Shown here: positions 1-9,040 of the stretch, one piece after another
Layout of the letters: each line of letters starts with the position of its first letter
Position numbering within the stretch: position 1 is the first letter of the stretch
The notes under the pieces: model-generated
Database searches by the model: none
What the model was told of the DNA's origin: nothing
What the model saw: the letters and a program-made list of their open reading frames with translations, nothing else
Position numbers and translations under genes: made by a program
Assembly: GCA_031459915.1 (NCBI GenBank)
Contig: JAVKHO010000008.1
Coordinates: 51,276-115,275, forward strand
From: Candidatus Tepidifontimicrobium thermophilum
GTDB lineage: Bacteria > Sysuimicrobiota > Sysuimicrobiia > Sysuimicrobiales > Sysuimicrobiaceae
Reading direction: 5' to 3'
Length of the DNA: 64,000 nt

Positions 1-19
1 CCGCCGAGGACCCCGATCC

Positions 20-514
20 TCACGGTGCCGTACGGGGGTCTGGTTGCTCCAGGACCGCCTGGGTTTGCGCGGTGCGGTAACGGCGCAGGGCTTCCCGCAC
101 GTGTGGGTGTTTGTTCCCGAGGATGCTGGCCGCGAGGATGGCGGCGTTCACCGCGCCCGCCCGCCCGATGGCCAAAGTCCCCACCGGCACGCCCGCGGGC
201 ATCTGCACGATGGACAGCAGGGAGTCCAGACCTCCGAGGGCCTGGGTCTCCACCGGCACCCCCAACACGGGCAGGACGGTGTTGGCCGCGGTCATCCCAG
301 GGAGGTGGGCGGCGCCCCCTGCCCCCGCGATGATCACCTCCAGGCCGCGCTCCTCCGCGCTCTTCGCGTACTCGTACAGCAGGTCGGGCGTGCGGTGGGC
401 CGACACCACGCGGACCTCGTACGGAACCCCCAGCTGGTCCAGGGTGTCCGCAGCGTGGCGCAGGGTCTCCCAGTCAGACCGGGAGCCCATGATCAGGCCG
501 ACCAGGGGCTGCAT
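20..514 (-). CDS. purE: N5-carboxyaminoimidazole ribonucleotide mutase
   Basis: Motifs [25 protein letters not shown] and [13 protein letters not shown] at 514 lies 7 nt downstream of an extended -10 (TGGTACAAT). Confidence 0.97.
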   Translation of the reverse strand: MQPLVGLIMGSRSDWETLRHAADTLDQLGVPYEVRVVSAHRTPDLLYEYAKSAEERGLEVIIAGAGGAAHLPGMTAANTVLPVLGVPVETQALGGLDSLLSIVQMPAGVPVGTLAIGRAGAVNAAILAASILGNKHPHVREALRRYRTAQTQAVLEQPDPRTAP

Positions 515-535
515 CAAGGCGATTGTACCAGCGGT

Positions 536-1249
536 CTAACCAAGGGGCTTGCGGGCCCGGAGGGTGACCGACCGCAGGGACACCCTCCAAGGATCGCCGC
601 AGTCGGCCCGCGACTCCTCCAGGACTTCCGCGGCCTGGAAGCCCGCCTCCGCCAAGAGCCGGAAGTACTCCCGCAAGCTCACCGCGCCGGCCACGCAAGC
701 GCTCCAGGCCCGTGGGTCCTCCCGGAGTTCCGGGGAGAGGGGGCGGTCTGCTACCACGTCGGAGACCACGAGGCGTCCACCGGGCCGCAGCACCCGGTGG
801 GCTTCCCGGAACGCCTGCGCCTTGTCCGGGACCAGGTTCACCACGCAGTTGCTGAGGACCACGTCCGCGAAGCCCTCGGGCAGCGGCAGCGACTCGAGTT
901 CAGCCACCACGAAGCGGGCGTTGGCGACACCCAGGGCCGCGGCGTTCCGCCGGGCCAGGACGACCATCTCCGCCGTCATGTCCACGCCCACCGCCTGCCC
1001 GTAGGGTCCGACCGCCTGAGCGGCACGGAGCACCTCCAGACCTGCGCCGCTTCCGAGGTCCACCACGACTTCTCCTGGGGCCAGGTCTGCGTGGGAGACT
1101 GGGCTTCCGCAACCCAACGACAACGGCACCACACCGGAGTTCTGTGAAGCCGGTGGGGGCGCACAGCCACACCCACAGCCAGCGCTACCCTCCCGGGCGA
1201 GCGCGGCGTAATGCGACCGCACTGCGTGCTTCACCGCCCCGGCGGACAT
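536..1249 (-). CDS. arsM: arsenite S-adenosylmethionine methyltransferase
   Basis: SAM motif VVDLGSGAG. ArsM cysteines retained (GCGCGC, LGCGSP, SNCVVNL, WSACVAGA). Downstream of arsR. Confidence 0.88.
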   Translation of the reverse strand: MSAGAVKHAVRSHYAALAREGSAGCGCGCAPPPASQNSGVVPLSLGCGSPVSHADLAPGEVVVDLGSGAGLEVLRAAQAVGPYGQAVGVDMTAEMVVLARRNAAALGVANARFVVAELESLPLPEGFADVVLSNCVVNLVPDKAQAFREAHRVLRPGGRLVVSDVVADRPLSPELREDPRAWSACVAGAVSLREYFRLLAEAGFQAAEVLEESRADCGDPWRVSLRSVTLRARKPLG

Positions 1250-1265
1250 GGCCCCCCGAACATCT

Positions 1266-1718
1266 TTAATCGATATCGATCAATTCTTCGACCGCCAGGG
1301 CCATGAGCCGGGCGGTCTGGGGACACGTCCCGGCGAGTTCCTGGGAGGCCTGAAGCCGCGGGTCCGCTTCCGCCCGCGGGACTTCCTGGAACTTGAACTG
1401 ACGCGCGAAGTAGTCGGCCGCGGTCTCCGTGAGGAGGTAGACCCGGCGCACGCCCATCCGGGCGGCCTCCGCGAGGGCTTCCCGGCACAGCTGGTGTGCG
1501 ATCCCCCGGTTCCGGCACGACGGGTCGGTGGCCACGGACCGCAGCAAGGCTACCTCCCCGTACACCTCCAGCCCCGCGGTCGCTATGACTCCCTCCGGTT
1601 CCTCCGCAAGCCAGAAGGTCTGCAGGTGGTCCCGCACGCCCGCGCTGGGTAACCCACAGCGGGCCAGCAGCGCCAGCACGGAGGGCTCGTCGTGCGGGGT
1701 GGCGCGCCGGACGTTCAC
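1266..1718 (-). CDS. arsN2: GNAT N-acetyltransferase, arsenic-resistance ArsN2 type
   Basis: GTG at 1718 after a GGAGGT SD. Motifs ALLRSVA, RNRGIA, VYLLTETA and CPQTA. Lies between arsR and arsM. Confidence 0.82.
   Translation of the reverse strand: MNVRRATPHDEPSVLALLARCGLPSAGVRDHLQTFWLAEEPEGVIATAGLEVYGEVALLRSVATDPSCRNRGIAHQLCREALAEAARMGVRRVYLLTETAADYFARQFKFQEVPRAEADPRLQASQELAGTCPQTARLMALAVEELIDID
1269..1284 (-). promoter_or_regulatory. putative ArsR operator copy 2 (ATTGA-N6-TCGAT) upstream of arsM
   Basis: Minus strand reads ATTGAtcgataTCGAT, with the same half-sites and spacing as the site at 2146-2161. Confidence 0.55.
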
Positions 1719-1771
1719 GTCCGCACCTCCTGGAAGGGGTCCGCACATACCTCGGCCGCGGTCTGCGCCGG

Positions 1772-2125
1772 CTACAGGAGATCCAGCAGCTCCCCCGCCA
1801 AGCGCTTGAGCGCGTCCTTCCGGATCCGGTAGTAGGCCCACGGCCCGCGCCGTTCCACCTCCACCAGCCCCGCCTCCCTGAGCACCTTCAGGTGGTGGGA
1901 CACGGTGGGCTGGCTCAGGAGCAAGGCCCCCTGCAGCTGGCACACGCAGAGGGTCCCGCGCCGCGCCAGGAGCCGGAGCGCGAGCAGCCTGGCGGGCTCG
2001 CCCAGGGCTGCAAACCCGGCCGCTAGCGCAACCGAGCGCTGTCGGGCCTCTTCCGGCACCTCAGGGACCCCAGATCGCGTCTGGGACAGCTCGAGGGGAA
2101 CTGCCGTCACCTGCACCGGATCCAT
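1772..2125 (-). CDS. arsR: ArsR/SmtB metalloregulatory repressor
   Basis: LCVCQL metal box and SQPTVSHHLKVLREAGLV HTH. Confidence 0.93.
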   Translation of the reverse strand: MDPVQVTAVPLELSQTRSGVPEVPEEARQRSVALAAGFAALGEPARLLALRLLARRGTLCVCQLQGALLLSQPTVSHHLKVLREAGLVEVERRGPWAYYRIRKDALKRLAGELLDLL

Positions 2126-2131
2126 GGCCCC

Positions 2132-2161
2132 AGGCTAGTCGCTGCATCGAAAAATGTCAAT
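2132..2161 (-). promoter_or_regulatory. sigma70 promoter of the ars operon (TTGACA-17-TAGCCT) with an overlapping ATTGA-N6-TCGAT operator; leaderless start
   Basis: -35 at 2155-2160, -10 at 2132-2137, ATG 6 nt downstream. Inverted repeat at 2146-2161. Confidence 0.75.
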
Positions 2162-2162
2162 A

Positions 2163-3410
2163 CTACAGCGCCCGGGTAGCCCCCCGGCCCAGGACCACCA
2201 GCCCCGAGGGGTCCGTGTGGTACCGGCGCGCGTCCTCCTCCGGGTCGAAGCCGATCACGGTGCCCGGCTCCAGGGTGTTGAACCGATCCACGATGACCCG
2301 GCGCAGCCGCACCCCCGGCCGCAGGACGCAGTAGTCCATCACCACCGACTCCTCCACCTCCACGTCCTCCTCCACGCGCACCTCGCGGCCCAGCACCGAC
2401 CGCACGACCCGGCCGCCGTGGATCACGCAACCTTCTCCTACCAGGGAATCCCGTACCTCCCCGAACACGATGCGGGCAGAGGGGCCCGCGTACGGTGCGC
2501 CCTTGATGGGCCACAGGTGGTTGGAGAGGTCGAACCGGGGTTCCGGCCCCAGCAGGTCCATGTGCGCGCGCCAGTACGCTTCGAGAGTCCCCACATCGCG
2601 CCAGTAGCCGGGCTCTTCGTACGGCTTGGTGCCAGGGATGCGGTTGGTGTGGAAGTCGTACGCGAACACGCGGTGGTGGGAAACCAGGGCCGGCAGGATG
2701 CTCCGACCGAAGTCGTGCTCCGTGTCCCTGGAGGCGTCCTCTGTCACCGCCTCCACCAGAAGGCGGGCGTCGAACAGATAGTTGCCCATGGAGGCCAGGG
2801 CGAACCCGGGCCGACCCGGCATGGGGCGGGGCTGGACGGGCTTCTCCTCGAAGCCTCGCACCCGCCCGTCGGCGTCGGTCTCCAGCACCCCCATGCGAGG
2901 GGCCTCCTGGAGGGGCACGGGCAGGGCGGCCACCGTCACCTCAGCGTCGCGCTCAAGGTGGAAGTCCACCATCTGCGAGACGTCCATCCGGTAGATGTGG
3001 TCGGCCCCAAACACGGCTACCAGGGCGGGCCCGAAGTCGCGGATGAGGTTCAGGTTCTGGTACACGGCGTCTGCGGTGCCCCGGTACCAGGAGTCGCCCC
3101 ACCGCATCTGGGGCGGCACCACCAGGACGAAGTGGTCCTCGTGCAGCCCGCTGGCCCGCCAGGCGTGCCGGAGGTGGTCGATCAGGGACTGAGACTTGTA
3201 CTGTACCAGGATGTACAGGGAGAAGACGTTGGAGTTGATCAGGTTGCTGAGCACGAAGTCCACGATCCGGTACTTGCCCCCGAATGGGACCGCAGGCTTG
3301 CTGCGGTCTCGGGTCAGAGGGTGCAGCCGTTCACCGCGCCCGCCCGCCAGTACCAAGCCGAGGATACGTCGGCGGCCACCGGGAGAGGGCCGGTCGGAAA
3401 TCCCGGTCAC
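2163..3410 (-). CDS. glgC: glucose-1-phosphate adenylyltransferase
   Basis: LAGGRGERLHPLT, KPAVPFGGKYR, GTADAV, ASMGNY and YWRDVGT. Start estimated at GTG 3410. Confidence 0.95.
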   Translation of the reverse strand: MTGISDRPSPGGRRRILGLVLAGGRGERLHPLTRDRSKPAVPFGGKYRIVDFVLSNLINSNVFSLYILVQYKSQSLIDHLRHAWRASGLHEDHFVLVVPPQMRWGDSWYRGTADAVYQNLNLIRDFGPALVAVFGADHIYRMDVSQMVDFHLERDAEVTVAALPVPLQEAPRMGVLETDADGRVRGFEEKPVQPRPMPGRPGFALASMGNYLFDARLLVEAVTEDASRDTEHDFGRSILPALVSHHRVFAYDFHTNRIPGTKPYEEPGYWRDVGTLEAYWRAHMDLLGPEPRFDLSNHLWPIKGAPYAGPSARIVFGEVRDSLVGEGCVIHGGRVVRSVLGREVRVEEDVEVEESVVMDYCVLRPGVRLRRVIVDRFNTLEPGTVIGFDPEEDARRYHTDPSGLVVLGRGATRAL

Positions 3411-3429
3411 GGATCCCCCACGTCCCCCA

Positions 3430-4278
3430 TCATATCGGCCACGGGCTTGCCGACAGCGCCTGAACCGCAATCCCGGCGTCCCGGAACGCCTCCCGAAGCT
3501 GCCAGCGCAGCTGGCGCTCCGCCTCCGCCCGGTACGGGGGGAGGACCGGGATGGCCACGCGGAGGATGACACCCGCCGGCGACAGCTCCACCAGGGGGTC
3601 CACCTCCACGGGACCGGTGACCCAGTCCGGGTGCGCCGCAGCCCAGGTCCCCACCACCCGCTGCGCCACCGCTGCCGCGGCCTCCAGGTCCGCGTCCGCG
3701 GGCAGGGTCGCGAGCACCACCGCGCGCAGGTAGCCGCGGCTGAGGTTCGCGAAGCGGGTGATCTCGCCGTTGGGGATGGTCACCAGCTCCCCCGTGTACC
3801 GGCGGATCTGGGTGTTCCGCAGGGTGATCTGCTCTACCTGGCCCACTTCCCCCCCCACGGACACCACGTCGCCCACCTGCAGGCCGCCGTCCAGCAGCAG
3901 GAAGAACCCGGACAGGCTGTCCCGCACCAGGGTCTGGGCGCCCAGCCCCACTGCCAGCCCCGCGATCCCGGCGCTGGCGAGGACCGCGGTGGCGTCCACG
4001 TGGACCTGCCGTAGGATCATCACCAGCGCCACGAAGTACACGGTGTAGCGCACCACGCTGTGGGCCAGGGACGCCAGGGTCCGGGCGCGGGCCAGCCGTG
4101 CCTCGTAGTCCCGGACTCCCGGCGAGGGTTGAAGCAGGCGGTCCAGCGCGCGCCGCGACAGGGACACCACGCCTGCCGCTGCGGCTACGATGACCGCTAC
4201 GGCCACCAGGGTCCGCGCTGCGGCTGCAAGCTGGACCGGAGACGCCAGCTCGCGAAGGACTTCCCGCGCAAACTCCAC
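3430..4278 (-). CDS. small-conductance mechanosensitive channel (MscS family)
   Basis: ASAGIAGLAVGLGAQ, VGDVV..GQVEQITLRNT and IPNG motifs. GTG start next to the upstream stop. Confidence 0.9.
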   Translation of the reverse strand: MEFAREVLRELASPVQLAAAARTLVAVAVIVAAAAGVVSLSRRALDRLLQPSPGVRDYEARLARARTLASLAHSVVRYTVYFVALVMILRQVHVDATAVLASAGIAGLAVGLGAQTLVRDSLSGFFLLLDGGLQVGDVVSVGGEVGQVEQITLRNTQIRRYTGELVTIPNGEITRFANLSRGYLRAVVLATLPADADLEAAAAVAQRVVGTWAAAHPDWVTGPVEVDPLVELSPAGVILRVAIPVLPPYRAEAERQLRWQLREAFRDAGIAVQALSASPWPI

Positions 4279-4279
4279 G

Positions 4280-6058
4280 TTAGATCTCCCCCTGGGCGCG
4301 GCGCACGGCGAGGTCGATGAACAGCGCCGCGGACCACCCGAAGGCCGGAGCCGCCTTGGTGCCCGGTTGGCCCGTCTCGGGGTGGTAGTACTCGCGTATG
4401 TCCGGGAAGGCCGCCACCATGTCCAGGGTGCGGTCGCACAGCTCACGGGCGCGGTCTGGGTAGCCGCAGCGCAGCAGCGCGTCGATCAGCAGGTAGTTGA
4501 CGTTGACCCACACGGGGCCCCGCCACATCCGGTCCGGGTCGTAGGTGGGGTCCGAGCGGGCCACGGTGGGTACCGGGTAGGGGGTCCAGAAGCTCTCCGG
4601 GTCCTCCAGGCGGTCCACCAAAGAAGCGCGGACGTCTTCCGGCATCCGGCCGGTGAGCAGGGGGAACAGGGAGACCGCGGCGAGGACGGGTACTCGCTCG
4701 TGGCCCTGCTCTGTCATCCGCTGGGCCCAGAAGACCCTGGCCTTCGGGTCGTAGAGGTGCTGCAAAAGTGATGCGGCCAGCTGGTCCGCCTGGGCCCGCC
4801 ACAGCGCGGCCTCCTCTGGAAGGCTCAGGGCCGCCGCCATCTGGCCCAAGGACTCCGCCTGCAGGCACAGGTAACTGTTGAGGTCCGGTGACTCCACCGG
4901 CATCCCGCGATCCCACAGGGGGCTGTCGTCCAGGCCTGACGAGAAAGGGTGGTCGTACTGGCAGACGCCGTCGCCGTCCCGGTCGCACCGCTCCAGCCAC
5001 CACCGCTGCCACCGGGTCAGGGGCTCGTACATCTCGTCCAGGAAGTCCGTGTCCCCCGTGGCTTCGTACACGCGCCACAGGCACCACCCCGCCACCGGCG
5101 GCTTGGTCACGGACGCGTCCACGGGGTACCCCATACGCTCCACCAGCCCCTCGTCAAACACGCAGTCCGGGACCATGCCGTCGGGCCGCTGGTGGTCGAA
5201 CAGCACCCGGAACTGGTCGTGGGCCAGCTGGGCGTCCACGTGCCGGTAGGCCAGGGCGTGGAAGAAGGCGTCCCACTGCCACAGCCCCACGTAGTGGACC
5301 TTGGAGGGGACCATGGCTTCCCGGGTGACGTAGAACCGGCTGCTGATGAGCCCGGCCCGCATCAGGTACCAGGCGTACAGGTAGGCGGCGCGCAGGTTAG
5401 GCGGGCACGGGGGGACGCGGTCGAACCACTGCCGCCACCGCCGCTCCGCGTCCTCGAACAGGCCCAGGGGCTGGATCCGGCGGTCGAACCCGAGCCGAGG
5501 GGTGATGTTGAGGGTGAAAAGCGGCTGTGGGTGGTCGTCCACCTCCACCGTCACCCGCCACTGACCGGCCTCCGTAGCCACCGCCTGGTTCCGCAGGATC
5601 CGGGCGTTGGTGGTGTACGCGACGTTGCGGACCCCTCTCGCCCGGCCGCCCCGGCGGTCCGGGGTGAAGTGGTCCGCGCGCACTACAAACCGGATACCCC
5701 AACGGCCGCGGGGCGGGCGCAGAGCCAGCAGCTCCGGCGTGGCGAAGCACAGCTCGAACCGTCCCGCGGGCGTGTGAAACACCAGCACGTGCGGGTAGGC
5801 GGCCAGGTCCCACGCCAGGGGCTGTCCGTCCCCGTCCAGCAGCTCCACCTCCTTCAGCAGGGGCGGCCGGACCCGATACGTCCCTTCCGCGTACTCCAGC
5901 TTCGGCCACCGCTCGCACACCCTCACATACAGCCGGTGCCGGTGGGGCTCCCGGAACACCAGGATGCGGCTGCCCCGGTCAGTGAAGGGGACGGTGGTCG
6001 GGTCCAGGCGCGACCGGACGGTCTCCAGTGGGTCCAGGGGGCGATCAGCCATCGCCAC
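4280..6058 (-). CDS. GH63/MGH1-like glycoside hydrolase (glucosyl-/mannosylglycerate hydrolase-like)
   Basis: Y.GLWQWDAFF, SGLDDSP.WD, MWRGPVW and EYYHP motifs of (alpha/alpha)6 GH63/trehalase-like enzymes. Adjacent to gpgS. Confidence 0.8.
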   Translation of the reverse strand: MAMADRPLDPLETVRSRLDPTTVPFTDRGSRILVFREPHRHRLYVRVCERWPKLEYAEGTYRVRPPLLKEVELLDGDGQPLAWDLAAYPHVLVFHTPAGRFELCFATPELLALRPPRGRWGIRFVVRADHFTPDRRGGRARGVRNVAYTTNARILRNQAVATEAGQWRVTVEVDDHPQPLFTLNITPRLGFDRRIQPLGLFEDAERRWRQWFDRVPPCPPNLRAAYLYAWYLMRAGLISSRFYVTREAMVPSKVHYVGLWQWDAFFHALAYRHVDAQLAHDQFRVLFDHQRPDGMVPDCVFDEGLVERMGYPVDASVTKPPVAGWCLWRVYEATGDTDFLDEMYEPLTRWQRWWLERCDRDGDGVCQYDHPFSSGLDDSPLWDRGMPVESPDLNSYLCLQAESLGQMAAALSLPEEAALWRAQADQLAASLLQHLYDPKARVFWAQRMTEQGHERVPVLAAVSLFPLLTGRMPEDVRASLVDRLEDPESFWTPYPVPTVARSDPTYDPDRMWRGPVWVNVNYLLIDALLRCGYPDRARELCDRTLDMVAAFPDIREYYHPETGQPGTKAAPAFGWSAALFIDLAVRRAQGEI

Positions 6059-7865
6059 GTGATCCCGCAGCCAGGGCCTGGCGACGGGCCCGGTACTCGG
6101 GGACGGTGACCATGGGCGGTCGCTCCGCCTCCACCACCTCCCGCTCCTCCAAAGACAGCCGCCCTTCCTCGTAGCGCACCAGCTTCAGCGTCCGGGCCGC
6201 GGCGTCCAACAGGGGTGTGCCCAGCCGGTCCTCCAGCCGCCGCGCGATCACCTGCACGATCTGGAACGCCATCAGGGACAGGCTCTGCAGCGACTGGTTC
6301 CGGTGGACCCGCTGCTCCAGGTCCACCTGCCCGATGGCCTCCAGCCCGAACCGGTTCAGCAGGTCGATCAGCATCCCCGTCTCCACTCCGTAGCCGGTGA
6401 AGAAGGGGATCTGCTCCAGCGCGTCCCTCCGCCCCGCGTACTCGCCCGCCAGGGGCTGGATGAGGCCCGACAGCTGCGGGAAGAAAAGGTTCAGCAGGGG
6501 ACGCGCTACCAACTCCGTCACCCGGCCCCCGCCGGTCTCGTACAGCCGGTCGCCGATCTGGACGGGACGGCGGTAGTACCCCTTCACGAACAGGATGCGG
6601 TCCTCCCGCAGGAGCGGCCCCACCAGGCCATAGACGAACTTCGGGTGCATGTTGCGGATGTCCGTGTCCACCCAAACCACCACGTCGCCCCGAAGCACGT
6701 ACAGGCTCTTCCACAAGGCCTCCCCCTTGCCCCGGTACGAGCCGAGGTGGGGGAGGACCTCCCGGTGGCGGTAGACGGGGATCCCCTCCTCCTCTGCGAT
6801 CTCCCGCGTCCGGTCGGTGGAGTCGCTGTCGATGAGCACAATCTCGTCCAGCAGCGGGACGTCGCGCATCAGGCGGTCCCGCAGCACCCGGATGATGGCC
6901 CCCACGGTTTCCTCCTCGTTGAGGGCCGGCAGTCCCAGGCTGATGGTCCAGGCGCGCCGGCGCTTGAGCTCCACCAGCCGGTCCAGGTCCTGGAACTCCC
7001 GGGCGTGGAAGGTGTTCTCCGCGAACCACTTCTCGACTTCTGGCCTGGACCAGCGGGCCGGCGCGGTGGCGTGCTCTGCCAGCCACGTCTGCACAGACTG
7101 CCCGCTGCGCACCACCACCAGGGGCTCCACCGCCCGGAGGACAGGCTGGACCGCAGGGCGGCTGGGATCCGCGGTGGCGCCTACGACCACCGCGGTGTAC
7201 GCGGGCGCCTCGCGGGCGATCACGTGGGCGGCGCTGCCGGCCGCGATGCGCTTGCGCACCGATCGCTCGGCCCGCTGCATCACCACCAGGTAAGGGCGCT
7301 CCTCCCGCCAGCGGTCCCGCTCGGAGATGTCCTCCCGGAACACGTGCAGGGCGGTGACCTCCCCGCCCGAGGCCTCCGCCAGTGCCTGAGCCACGCGCAG
7401 CGCCAGTTCCGCGTTGGGCCCGCCGCGCACGCCCACCAGCAGTCGGCACAGTGCCTCCGCAGGCAGGACGGGCGCGAGGACCGTGTCGCAGGGCGCACTG
7501 CGCAGCAGCTCGTCCGCGGAGTGCCCGAACAGGGGTTCGTCCAGACCCTTGGGCCGGAGGAGCACTAGGAGTTCCGCACCCTCCTCCTTGCATGCGGCAG
7601 TGATTTCCCTCCACGGCTCGTAGCCGGCCCGCACCAGGGTCCGCACGGGGGGGTCTGCCCCCAGCTCCCGCACCGCGGCTTCCAGCAGCTCCCGGCAGCG
7701 TTGCGCCGCGGTGGCCGCGCTGCTGAGCGGTTCCCGCTGCGGCACTGCCACGGGCTGGCACAGGACGGGCTCTACACTCCAGGCGCGGCTGAGGGGCAAA
7801 AGTAGGGTCAGGGCGGCCCGGGCGTCCTCTGGGCGCGCTAGGGCGGCCAGCACGCAGCGACCCAT
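6045..7865 (-). CDS. gpgS: universal-stress-domain / glucosyl-3-phosphoglycerate synthase fusion
   Basis: N-terminal USP-like repeats (LFGHSADELLRSAPCD). C-terminal GpgS motifs PALNEEET, DSDSTD, GKGEALW, GGRVTE, QPLAGEYA and GYGVE. Confidence 0.85.
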   Translation of the reverse strand: MGRCVLAALARPEDARAALTLLLPLSRAWSVEPVLCQPVAVPQREPLSSAATAAQRCRELLEAAVRELGADPPVRTLVRAGYEPWREITAACKEEGAELLVLLRPKGLDEPLFGHSADELLRSAPCDTVLAPVLPAEALCRLLVGVRGGPNAELALRVAQALAEASGGEVTALHVFREDISERDRWREERPYLVVMQRAERSVRKRIAAGSAAHVIAREAPAYTAVVVGATADPSRPAVQPVLRAVEPLVVVRSGQSVQTWLAEHATAPARWSRPEVEKWFAENTFHAREFQDLDRLVELKRRRAWTISLGLPALNEEETVGAIIRVLRDRLMRDVPLLDEIVLIDSDSTDRTREIAEEEGIPVYRHREVLPHLGSYRGKGEALWKSLYVLRGDVVVWVDTDIRNMHPKFVYGLVGPLLREDRILFVKGYYRRPVQIGDRLYETGGGRVTELVARPLLNLFFPQLSGLIQPLAGEYAGRRDALEQIPFFTGYGVETGMLIDLLNRFGLEAIGQVDLEQRVHRNQSLQSLSLMAFQIVQVIARRLEDRLGTPLLDAAARTLKLVRYEEGRLSLEEREVVEAERPPMVTVPEYRARRQALAAGSRGDG

Positions 7866-7919
7866 GGCAAGGGCAGTTTACCGCCTGACGGGGGGCTGCC
7901 GCACCGCCTCAGGAGAGGG

Positions 7920-9008
7920 GTGCCAGGGCTGGATCCCGAAGAGATGACCATCGTGAGCTACGTGTTGGACGACGCGGGACGCCGTTCCGCCCTGGACCCC
8001 CAGGACATGGTGGGGTTGGTCGTGCGCACCCCCGAGTTCCTGCGGGAGGGGTGGGAGCTGGGGTTGCACCTCGGGTCCCCCCCACCATCTCCCCGACACC
8101 TGCTGGTCCTGGGCATGGGCGGATCCGGGATCGGCGGAGACCTCCTACGCGGCCTCCTGTACGACCGGGTCGGCTTCCCCGTCACGGTGGTGAAGGACTA
8201 CAGCCTGCCCGCGTGGGTGGGCCCCCAGGACGTGGTGTTCGCCTGCTCGTACTCCGGGAACACGGAGGAGACCCTGAGCGCGTACGGGGCAGCGGGCAGG
8301 GCGGGCGCGCGGCGCGTGGCGGTGACCTCGGGCGGCCAGCTGGCAGACCGGGCCCAGGCGGAGGGAATCCCGTGGGTGCGGATTCCTCCGGGCCTACCTC
8401 CCCGGGCGGCTCTGGGCTACCTGCTGGGCCCGATGCTGGGAGCCCTGCACCGCTGGGGGTGGACGGAGGGGCTGGAGGAGGAGGTGGGCGAGGCGGTGGC
8501 AGTCTTGCGGGAGCTGTCCGCTCGGTGGGGCCCGGAAGTACCCACCGTGGACAACCCCGCCAAGCAGCTGGCGAGGGCCCTGGTGGGCCGCCTCCCCGTG
8601 GTCTACGCCACCTCCCGCCTGTCGGAGGCGGCCGCGCTGCGTTGGAAGACGCAGCTCAACGAGAACAGTAAGGTGTACGCCACGTGGAACGTCTTCCCGG
8701 AGCTGAACCACAACGAGACGGTGGGCTGGGCGCTGGCCGGACAGCCGGAGGGGCTGCTGGAGGTAGTGATCCTTCGGGACCCAGAGGATCCGCCGAGGCT
8801 CGTGCGCCGCCTGGAGGTCACCCGGGAGGTGGCGCTGGGCGCGGCGGGCTTCCACGAGGTGTGGGCCCACGGCCACGGGCGCCTCAGCCGGGTGCTGTCC
8901 CTCGTCTTGTTCGGGGATCTCGTGAGCGTGTATCTTGCTTATCTGAACGAGGTGGATCCGACCCCCGTGGCGGCCATCGACGAGCTCAAGCGGCGCCTGG
9001 AATCCTAG
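7920..9008 (+). CDS. bifunctional phosphoglucose/phosphomannose isomerase
   Basis: GMGGSGIGGD, SYSGNTEET, RWKTQLNENSK and PELNHNE. Confidence 0.92.
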   Translation: MPGLDPEEMTIVSYVLDDAGRRSALDPQDMVGLVVRTPEFLREGWELGLHLGSPPPSPRHLLVLGMGGSGIGGDLLRGLLYDRVGFPVTVVKDYSLPAWVGPQDVVFACSYSGNTEETLSAYGAAGRAGARRVAVTSGGQLADRAQAEGIPWVRIPPGLPPRAALGYLLGPMLGALHRWGWTEGLEEEVGEAVAVLRELSARWGPEVPTVDNPAKQLARALVGRLPVVYATSRLSEAAALRWKTQLNENSKVYATWNVFPELNHNETVGWALAGQPEGLLEVVILRDPEDPPRLVRRLEVTREVALGAAGFHEVWAHGHGRLSRVLSLVLFGDLVSVYLAYLNEVDPTPVAAIDELKRRLES

Positions 9009-9040
9009 TCGGGGACAGACCGAAGGAGGCGAAATCCGGC

